From the NCBI GenBank assembly GCA_963836075.1, contig CAWIIB010000009.1, forward strand, positions 448,001 to 512,000: a stretch of 64,000 nucleotides of DNA, in the 5' to 3' direction. Position 1 is the first letter of the stretch, and each line of letters starts with the position of its first letter. This DNA comes from an uncultured Acidobacteriota bacterium (GTDB lineage Bacteria; Acidobacteriota; JAQAZP01). The position numbers and the translations under genes are program-made. Below the pieces are notes generated by a model, which saw only the letters and a list, made by a program, of their open reading frames with translations, did no database searches and was not told the DNA's origin. Shown here one piece after another: positions 1 to 7,885 of the stretch.

Positions 1-878
1 GGCTGTTCATCACATCCATCGTCAGGCTGAACACGATGCCCGGCGCAACGTTCCTGCCGATGCTGATTGGCGGGATCATCTCCTTCCTGCTGGGAACCCT
101 CACGCTCTCCGGGTTCCAGGCGATCGCACCGAACGAGGCGCGCGCCTACCTCCTGTTCGGCAAGTACAAGGGATCGGTGGTCCAATCCGGTTTCTTCTGG
201 GTCAATCCCTTCTACTCCAAGAAGAAGCTGTCATTGAGGGTACGCAACTTCGAAACCGGCTCGATCACCACACCGGAGAAGAAGGACGCGGGCGGCAAGG
301 TCGTCACGGCCAGGAGCCGCACTTCCGGCAGGCCGTCCAAGGTCAACGACAAGGACGGCAATCCGATCGATATTTCGGCGGTGGTCGTATGGCGTGTCGT
401 CAACACCGCCGAGGCGCTGTTCGAGGTCGATGACTACGAGGACTTCGTCGAGGTGCAGAGCGAGGCCGCCCTGCGCAATCTGGCCAGCCGGCACCCCTAC
501 GACAGTTCCGACGACGAGATCTCTCTGCGCGGCAATGCCACCGAAGTGTGCGACCAGCTGCAGCATGACATCCAGGAGCGCCTGGACAAGGCGGGAGTGG
601 AAGTGATCGAAGCGCGTATCAGCCACCTGGCCTACGCGCCGGAGATCGCCGCGGCCATGCTGCAACGACAGCAGGCCCAGGCGGTGGTGGCGGCCCGCAC
701 CAAGATTGTAGAGGGCGCGGTCAGCATGGTGCAGATGGCTCTCGATCATCTGAAGAGGGATTCGATCGTGGAGCTGGACGACGAGCGAAAAGCGGCGATG
801 GTCTCGAACCTGCTTGTGGTCCTGTGCAGCGACCGGCATACCCAACCGGTCGTGAACACGGGCTCTCTCTACCAGTGA
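1..878 (+). CDS. SPFH/band-7 (stomatin/prohibitin-like) membrane protein, 5' end probably outside the window
   Basis: N-terminal TM segment, then PNEA..LFGKYKG, KVND.DGNPI.I.AVVVWRV, EARISHLAYAPEIAAAMLQRQQA and C-terminal VSNLLVVLC..QPVVNTGSLY. The frame is open back to the window start. Confidence 0.92.
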   Translation, partial: LFITSIVRLNTMPGATFLPMLIGGIISFLLGTLTLSGFQAIAPNEARAYLLFGKYKGSVVQSGFFWVNPFYSKKKLSLRVRNFETGSITTPEKKDAGGKVVTARSRTSGRPSKVNDKDGNPIDISAVVVWRVVNTAEALFEVDDYEDFVEVQSEAALRNLASRHPYDSSDDEISLRGNATEVCDQLQHDIQERLDKAGVEVIEARISHLAYAPEIAAAMLQRQQAQAVVAARTKIVEGAVSMVQMALDHLKRDSIVELDDERKAAMVSNLLVVLCSDRHTQPVVNTGSLYQ

Positions 879-891
879 TTCCGAGGAACCA

Positions 892-1107
892 GTGGCGGAC
901 CGCAATTCATTCCTGATTCGTACCGACCCCCGGGTCCTGGAGGCGCTTCGCCTCTGGGCCCGGGACGAATTACGAAGCGTCAACGGGCAGATCGAGTACC
1001 TGCTGCGAAAAGCGCTGCGTGAATCGGGGCGCCTCGGCCCCGGTTCTTCCACTTCCTCAGATCCGCCGAGCAAATCTCCCGAGAGCCGTCGGCGACGAAA
1101 ACCCTGA
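892..1107 (+). CDS. Small Arc/ribbon-helix-helix DNA-binding protein associated with the SPFH gene
   Basis: FLIR.DP.V.EAL..WA.DELRSVNGQIEYLL..AL pattern; GAGGA RBS; 13 bp after the SPFH stop. Confidence 0.8.
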   Translation: MADRNSFLIRTDPRVLEALRLWARDELRSVNGQIEYLLRKALRESGRLGPGSSTSSDPPSKSPESRRRRKP

Positions 1108-1198
1108 TGTTCTCGATGGAGCGTGCCGCCAGTTGCCTGTTGGCGACCTCGTACTGCTCGCGACGCGACCAGGCACGGGACATTCGCTCTCTCTAATC

Positions 1199-1382
1199 CC
1201 CCCCCGCAACCGCGCCGTCTCTTCCTCATCAAGCTGGAGGGTCTTCTCGTCGAGGGCCACGCCGTAGGCTTCGCGGGCCTGGTCGAGGGAGATGATGCCG
1301 TTGACGAAGCCGTCGGTCTGGGGGTCGGTGCCCGAATAGTCGAAGACGATGGAGCGGTCCTTGACCTCGATGGTGACCTTGA
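1199..1382 (-). pseudogene. Internally deleted duplicate fragment of the hydantoinase B gene at 11337-13073
   Basis: 1199-1301 matches about 11342-11443 with ~6 mismatches, and 1296-1382 is identical to 12221-12307. The two halves join at the shared hexamer TGCCGT. Confidence 0.93.
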
Positions 1383-1710
1383 GTGAACCGGGCCATGGAA
1401 CTGCTCACCGAGGAGGCGCTGGCGGAAGCGCTGCGAGGCTGTGTCTGCCCCGCGAAGGACGATCCCCACGGCCTGAAAAAACCTCCAGGAGCCACGTGGG
1501 ACAGCCTGACGGCCGTTCCATTTTCACAATGCAAAATATCCCTCCCGAACATTGTCTACTATTGTGGTAGCCTTGCCGGATAAAAATATAAAGAGTGCTC
1601 CCCATTTCCGTTGGCGAGCCTGGAGGAACAGCTGATACCGGGACCACCCGTGATCCGGTTATTCCTTGCACCAAACGTCGAAAACAGTTCAAGACTGAGG
1701 AGAGAGAGAA

Positions 1711-2703
1711 ATGCAGATGAGAAGCCGGTTCGTTCGCGGTATTCCATTCCTGGCGGTTCTGTTCACTTCCCTGTTCGCCTGTGCAACGGGCACCGTAGTG
1801 GCCGCGGAAAACTACCCCCCCGATGCTGTGGGGGTCCGGTTCACCATCGATCCGGCGGCACTGTCGGACGTACACAACACCGCGGAACTGGCCGATGCCC
1901 TGCACCGGGAGCTGAAACTGGAGGCAGCATCGCCCCTGGGTTTCGAGGTGGTTGTTCACATGGTTGGCAACGTCTACCAGGGCCGGGACCAGCAGCCCCA
2001 TTCCGAGGGCAGCGGCATCATGGTGACTCTGGAGAAAGGCACACCGGTCAGCGGCCGGATCAAGGACCTGCCGTTCCACACCTACGGAGACTTCAGCGAA
2101 AGCGAGGCATGGGATTTTTTCAGGGGAAAAATCCAGGAAGCTTTGATGTATTCCATGAACTCGAGCGGCGCCTTCAAGGCCGACGATGAAGGCACCGTCT
2201 GGCTCACCGTGGCTGAAGTGGCGGATGGCGCCAGCAGTTTCACGCCGGACGGCAGCAGAATGATCCTGGAACTGAGTGCTGAATTTTCGTACCGGGACGG
2301 CTCCAAGTTTGGCAGCAAGACGCCGCCTGAAGGGTATCGACAGGAGCTGAAAACCGTTCAGATCGTGCTCTCACCCGCAGAAGTGCAGACCAGAGAAAAA
2401 CCTGTGGTGGAAGACGTGCCCGCGGCCAGTACGGCGGCAGCCGAAACGGACGGCATTACAGCGGTATACGGCTACGATGAAAGCGGATTACGGATCGAAA
2501 AGAAGGACGGCCAGTATGTCATGTCGGATATCCGGAAATCGCCTCCGGAATATCTGCCGCTGACGTCCATCGGAGAGAATCAGTTCAGCGTTGACTACTA
2601 CGGCGAGCCCGCGAAGCTCAAATTCTCGCTGGATGACAAGGGGCAGGCTTTTTCCATGTCCGTCGAGCAGCAGGGCCACACGATAAAGCTGCCGCGAAAG
2701 TAA
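1711..2703 (+). CDS. Secreted hypothetical protein
   Basis: 330-aa ORF with purine-rich RBS, signal peptide (MQMRSRFVRGIPFLAVLFTSLFA..VVA-AE) and coding-like composition; no family recognised. Confidence 0.7.
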   Translation: MQMRSRFVRGIPFLAVLFTSLFACATGTVVAAENYPPDAVGVRFTIDPAALSDVHNTAELADALHRELKLEAASPLGFEVVVHMVGNVYQGRDQQPHSEGSGIMVTLEKGTPVSGRIKDLPFHTYGDFSESEAWDFFRGKIQEALMYSMNSSGAFKADDEGTVWLTVAEVADGASSFTPDGSRMILELSAEFSYRDGSKFGSKTPPEGYRQELKTVQIVLSPAEVQTREKPVVEDVPAASTAAAETDGITAVYGYDESGLRIEKKDGQYVMSDIRKSPPEYLPLTSIGENQFSVDYYGEPAKLKFSLDDKGQAFSMSVEQQGHTIKLPRK

Positions 2704-2789
2704 GGTCCGGAACATCTGGGATGCTCTGGAACCGGAAGGGTGAGAATATGCCGAAAATGAGATGGTGAATCCTGCTGGTCCTGCTCGTG

Positions 2790-3200
2790 ATGTGTGCCTG
2801 TGGGGGCACTGCTGCTGACGGAGACGCGGAGACCGCGCGGGAAGCGGCGCTTTGCCCCCAGGTGCTCGAGGATGCGGCGGATCACCTCGGACTGCGCCGT
2901 CGAGATGAACGAGACGACCTTCACCGAGCCGTCCACCGAGAAACCGCTGTGCTCCCAGCCCAACATCTCGTCGCGAAGGCCGCAAGCTCAGACGCTTTCG
3001 GCGCACCATCAGGTCGAGTACCCGCCTGGTGAACAGCTGCTCCAGCACCTCGATATCCCCCTGCATGTCGAAGGGCATCGGGCGGAAGAAGCCTGATGCG
3101 TCAAAGGCCCCGTCGGTGGCCAGGGCATGGAGGTGGATATGAGGGTTTACCCGGTCCCCGAACCGCTGGGGCGTCACCACCATCCCCACCCGGAGTTCGT
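2790..3200 (-). mobile_element. Decayed IS91-family (Y2/HUH) transposase remnant
   Basis: GMV..PQRFGD..NPHIHLHALATDG (HUH motif), then after a frameshift WEHSGFSVD joined directly to the C-terminal K.VSFI....VIRRILEHLG. The N-terminus and middle are missing. Confidence 0.8.
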
Positions 3201-3279
3201 CATGGACCAGACCGGCGCGGTAGAAATCGTTAGGTCGCCTCCACCGCTGAGCGGCAGAGGCCGGTGGAGATTCGGCGCT

Positions 3280-3432
3280 TCAGCGGCTCGCCGCAGTCAC
3301 CGAGGAGACGAGCCCGTCGAGGGTGCCGGCGATCTCTTCGGCCAGCGCCAGCGAGATGGCGTTGCGGCGTCCGGGATCGTTGAGGGTGACCACGGCCACG
3401 CGGTTGTGAGTTTCGATGCGGAGCAGGTTCAT
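3280..3432 (-). pseudogene. N-terminal remnant of an enoyl-CoA hydratase/isomerase
   Basis: Manual translation: MNLLRIETHNRVAVVTLNDPGRRNAISLALAEEI..., with a GGAGGTG RBS, stopping after 50 aa. Confidence 0.75.
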
Positions 3433-3690
3433 TCGTTCACCTCCCTCGGTGCCGTCTTCCGGTCCATCAGCAGTTTATCGGAAAACAGTGGCCGGGGGGA
3501 ACGCCGAAAAAAGGCTCCACGCTCTCTCGGTCCGGATATCGAAGGGGACTGCAGGAGCATCATTGACCCCTGAACAGGTAATCTCTATAATTTTTATATA
3601 TTATTTCGAGCTACGTTTCATGAATCGTCCGGTTTCCCGGTTGACAGCTCCCGTTCGGTGCTGCTGTCGATCGCAGAAGGGTTGTCCGCA

Positions 3691-6370
3691 ATGGCTCAAT
3701 GCGGCTCATGCAAAGCGGAACTCGCAGACAGCGCAATGATATGCCTGAACTGCGGCCACCCGGTGGACGAGGCGGATCTGGTGCAGCGTTCCGACCCCAC
3801 GGCCACTGTCGGCTCGTCGGCCTCGTCCTCCTCCGCCTCCGAGACCGAGGTGCGATTTGCCCCCGGTACGCTGCTGGCCGATCGATACCGTATCGTCGGC
3901 CGTCTCGGCAAGGGCGGGATGGGTGAGGTCTACCGTGCCGACGACATGAAGCTCGGCCAGCAGGTGGCGTTGAAATTCCTGCCCGAGCGATTCAGGGAGG
4001 AACCGTCCCTCCTGACCCGTTTTCTCCACGAGGTGAAAATCGCCCGGCAGATTTCCCATCCGAGCGTGTGCCGGGTCTATGATGTCTTCGAGTACGAGGA
4101 CCAGCACTTCCTCTCAATGGAATATGTTGATGGCGAGGACCTCCGTTCACTGCTCCGGCGGATAGGTCGACTATCCGAAGACAAGGCACTGCAGATCGCA
4201 CGGCAGCTTTGCGCCGGGTTGGCGGCGGCCCATGACAAGGGTGTGCTGCACCGGGACCTCAAGCCGGCCAACATCATGCTGGACGGCAGCGGCCGGGTGC
4301 GTATCACCGATTTCGGCCTCGCCGCCATGGCCGGTGAAATACAGAAGAGCGATCTCAAATCCGGCACTCCGGCTTACATGGCGCCCGAACAGCGGGCGGG
4401 CCGGGAGGTCTCGATCGCCAGCGACATCTACACTCTCGGCCTGGTGCTGTTCGAACTGTTCACCGGCAAGCCTGCCTTCGCGGCGGCCACCCGGACCGAA
4501 CTGGAAAAGAAGCAGCTGCAGGATGTGACCACCCCGTCCAGCCTGGTGCGGAGTATCGATCCGGCCGTGGAGCGGGTCATCCTGGCCTGCCTCGCCCGGC
4601 ATCCGGCCGAACGGCCTTCGTCGGTCCTGGCGGTGGCCGCGGCGCTGCCCGGCGGGGATCCGCTCGGTGAAGCGCTGGCTGCCGGTGAGACGCCGTCCCC
4701 CGAGATGGTCGCCGCCTCGATGGTCCGGGGCGGCCTGCGCCCGCTCTTGGCCTGGGCCACGCTGGCCGGCATTGTCGCCTGTGCCGTGATCCTGTTCCTG
4801 CTCGCCGGGAAAGGGAAGGTGACCTCCCATGCGCCGCTGACCAAGGCCCCCCAGGTCCTGATTGACGAGGCACAGAGCATCCTGGCCGGTGCCGGTCTGA
4901 ATACTGAACCGGCCGACTACCTCTGGGGATACATCCGGAACGACCAGGCACTCGATCATTTCGAGGAACTGAAAAGCGCCGATCGCTGGGACGGTCTCGG
5001 TGAGCGGGAGCGCTCGAGCCTTTTCTTCTTCTACCGCCAGAGCCCGGTGCTGCTCGAACCGCTCAGTGTGGTTTCGAACCGGATGAACCTGGAGGATCCG
5101 CCGACGACGACGCCGGGCATGGCGACGGTGAGGCTGGATACCGAAGGCCGGCTGGTCCGCATGGAGATCCTGCCGCCGGAGAAGGATGAAGGGGACGATG
5201 AGCCGCCCGGCAAACCGGACTGGGCCCCGCTTTTCGCCGCGGCCGGGATCGACATGGAGACACTGCAGCCGGTGGAGCCGGTTTGGAATCCACCCCTGTA
5301 CTGCGACTACCGGGCCGCCTGGGAGCTGGCCGGGGCCTCACCGGGGATCAGGGTAGAAGCCGCCTCCTATCGCGGAAAACCAATCTACTTCAGGGTCGTG
5401 GCGCCGTGGGAGAAGCCGTTCGAACCTGCCGCCCTGGAGAAGCCGCGCGGGGAGCGGCTCGCCCAGACCGGTTTCATCCTGCTGGTCACGGTGGTGCTGG
5501 TCGGCGGCTTCCTGCTGGCCCGACGGAACCTTCGTCTTGGCAGGAGCGATCTTCGCGGTTCCTACCGCATCGCCACCGTCTTCGTCCTGATCCACATGCT
5601 GGCATGGCTGCTCTACGCCAAGCACCTGGCGTCCATCGACCTCGCCTTCTGGGGCCTGATCGCCACCCTGGCCCAGACCTTCTTCGAAGCGCTGCTGATC
5701 TACACCTTCTACCTCGCCCTGGAACCGTACATTCGCCGCCGCTGGCCCGACACCATCATCTCCTGGACCCGGGCGCTCTCCGGCCGGTTTCGTGACCCGC
5801 TGGTGGGCCGGGACGTCATGTTCGGCTGCGGCCTCGGGCTGGCCGCAGCGCTGCTCTGGAAGGTCGGTCAGCTGGCGCCGCCGTATTTCGGCAAGATCCC
5901 GCGCCGGCCCGACTGGGTGACGCTCAACGCGCTCAACGGGAGCCGTTTCGCCGTGGGGGAACTGCTCGACAGTCTCGTCCACGCCGTCGTGCCGGCGATG
6001 GCGCTGCTGATCATCCTGCTGCTCGTCTCGCTGCTGGTGAAGCGATTCTGGGTCACCGGGATCATCGTGACCCTGCTGGTCTTGCTGCTCAACCTGCCCG
6101 AGATCGAGTACCTGGTTCGACCTGTTCGGGATCGCGGTGACCATGGGCCTGGTGGTCTTCAGCCTGGTCCGTCTCGGCCTGCTCTCCGCGACGGTCATCT
6201 TCGGCGTATCGGCAGCGGTGAACGAACTGGTGATCACCTCCGACCTGACCCACTGGTGGGCCACCGGCACCATCGTCACCCTCGGTGCCACTCTCGCCCT
6301 CGCTTTCTATGGCTTTTACATCGCCCTGGCCGGCCGGCCGATGATCGGCTCCGACTGGCTGGAGGGATAG
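3691..6370 (+). CDS. Membrane-integral Hanks-type Ser/Thr protein kinase (zinc ribbon, kinase, periplasmic domain, multiple TMs); one frameshift near 6110
   Basis: CxxC..CxxC N-terminus, LGKGGMGEVY, VALK, HRDLKPAN, DFG, GTPAYMAPE. The hydrophobic C-terminus continues in the 6137-6370 frame. Confidence 0.92.
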
Positions 6371-6399
6371 CAGACCGAACGACACTCCCGGGGGATACC

Positions 6400-6666
6400 A
6401 TGAAAATACTGAGAACCGTGCTGGCAACGCTGTCCCTGCTGGCGTCCACCTTCGGTCTGGCGGCCACATCCCCGGCCGACAACGCCGGCCTCGCTTCCCG
6501 CATCGCCGCGACGGCCTCCGACCGGAAAGCCGGTTTCATCGAGGCACGTCGCTGGTTCCACCGGTATTCGGAACTGTCGAACCATGAGTTCGGAACCGCC
6601 GGCCAGGTGAGGGCGAGACGATTTAAACAACAGTGCGGATGGGTTTTTTCTGGAGGTACAGGCTGA
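6400..6666 (+). pseudogene. N-terminal remnant of a secreted M20 amidohydrolase
   Basis: Signal peptide MKILRTVLATLSLLA..., then RRWFHRYSELSNHEFGTA (M20D motif RRxxHxxPELSxxExxT). Similarity ends near 6603. Confidence 0.65.
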
Positions 6667-6803
6667 TGAGAGACGAGGCGGGCGCGCACAGCCCCTGGCT
6701 TCGGATATTCCGCGGTGCGATGGAGGTGCAGCGCGAGGTCACGGTGCGGGAGACGGCCCGCTGACCACTGTTCCCGGCGCTGCGTACGCGTGGAAAAAAA
6801 TCG

Positions 6804-6845
6804 AAAAATGGGGACTGGCACGCCTTGGCGCCTGTCCCCATTTTT
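6804..6845. repeat. REP-like palindrome, copy 1 (AAAAATGGGGAC-18 nt-GTCCCCATTTTT)
   Basis: Perfect 12-bp arms; 39/42 identical to the reverse complement of 10514-10555. Confidence 0.9.
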
Positions 6846-6879
6846 ATTTAAGTGCCTTTCGGATCTTCTCCGGGGTGAT
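6844..6879 (-). pseudogene. Very short C-terminal remnant (ITPEKIRKALK*) of a xanthine-dehydrogenase-family molybdopterin subunit
   Basis: Shares the exact 17-mer ATCTTCTCCGGGGTGAT (6863-6879) with the longer remnant at 10627-10643, in the same reading frame. Confidence 0.5.
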
Positions 6880-6895
6880 TGCATCACCCCCGATT

Positions 6896-7288
6896 TCAGA
6901 CGAGGACGATCGCTGCCCGGTGGCCGGCGGCCGAGGCGAGACGGGCGTCCCTGGTGATCAGAGGCGCTTCCAGGACTTCCGCCAGGGCCAGATGGACGGC
7001 GTCGTATGCGGTGGCGTTGTTCCGCAGCTCCCAGACCCGGAACAGAAACAGGTCGTGGGGATAGCGGGTCAACGGCAGGTCGAGCAGGTCCTCGAGCGCC
7101 TGGCGGCCCCGGGACGGTTTGAGTTCACCCGCGAGAGAATAGCGCCGGAGCACCTGGGCCACCTCGAGGTCGAGGAGGTGCGGGGCGTGAAGCGTCTCGC
7201 CGTCGGCGAAGATGCGCTCGCTGATCCGCTCCGCCGCCGGGGTGTTCAGCAGCACCTCTAAAACCGCGGAAGCATCGACGACAATCAC
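6896..7288 (-). CDS. vapC: VapC PIN-domain toxin
   Basis: MIVVDASA...HAPHLLDLEV...TAYDA...LAE.L..PLIT.D.RL PIN signature; 4-bp overlap with the antitoxin. Confidence 0.93.
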   Translation of the reverse strand: MIVVDASAVLEVLLNTPAAERISERIFADGETLHAPHLLDLEVAQVLRRYSLAGELKPSRGRQALEDLLDLPLTRYPHDLFLFRVWELRNNATAYDAVHLALAEVLEAPLITRDARLASAAGHRAAIVLV

Positions 7289-7515
7289 CGCCCGTCCCTT
7301 TCGTCCCTGACTGCCCGGGCCGGCGGCACGCCGGTGATGACGGCTTTGCGGCCGCGCAGGCGAAGTCTCAGTTCACGCGGGGATGGACGTTCCATCAGGC
7401 GCTCCACCTCGCCGAGGAGGTAGTCGGAGAGGGGCAGACCCTCGAGCGCCGCCCTGGCTTTGAGCAGGCGGTGCAGCTCGTCCGGCACGTTTCGAATTTG
7501 GATCATCTTGGACAT
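7285..7515 (-). CDS. FitA/VapB-like ribbon-helix-helix antitoxin
   Basis: MSKMIQIRNVPDELHRLLKARAA..G..LSDYL, directly upstream of vapC. Confidence 0.88.
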   Translation of the reverse strand: MSKMIQIRNVPDELHRLLKARAALEGLPLSDYLLGEVERLMERPSPRELRLRLRGRKAVITGVPPARAVRDERDGR

Positions 7516-7550
7516 GTTGACAACATATTCACATGTGATCCACATGTCAA
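7516..7550 (-). promoter_or_regulatory. Sigma70 promoter of the vapBC operon with overlapping ACATGT operators; predicted leaderless mRNA
   Basis: Minus strand reads TTGACA-17 bp-TATGTT-6 nt-ATG. Palindrome TCACATGTGA lies in the spacer, with further ACATGT copies at the -35 and the start codon. Confidence 0.75.
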
Positions 7551-7885
7551 GCGGAGGTCCTCAGGGACGACATCAGCCGGCCATTTTCTCCCCGGGAATT
7601 CCCGTGGGATGGCAGCCGGCTGGGCTGGAGAGGAAGGGGGCGGTGGCACAGCCGTGGCATACGGTCCGAAAGCGGGCAGGCAGGGTTGTATGCGCGTACC
7701 GCCAGGCAGGGAGATCCCCGCAATCGGTGCGATTTCGGACTTGCCAAATTAAACTATAAACCATAAATTTGTATGTGATCTATCAGATGCAGGCATTCTA
7801 ATCATCAAAAGATACTGTTCGTTGTTGCTCACTGCCATAAGGTGGCCTTGAATATCGATCCTGCCGCCGCAGGGAGGCCTCGTCA

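Noticed and set aside
3210-3300. GTTAGGT plus nearby hairpins as an integron attC site (also GTTAGAC near 10713)
   Set aside because: No complementary RYYYAAC inverse core at a suitable distance, and no integrase in the window.
3658-6666. 1002-aa kinase-amidohydrolase fusion as given in the ORF track
   Set aside because: A frameshift near 6110 reads through the true stop at 6370 into a separate M20 remnant.
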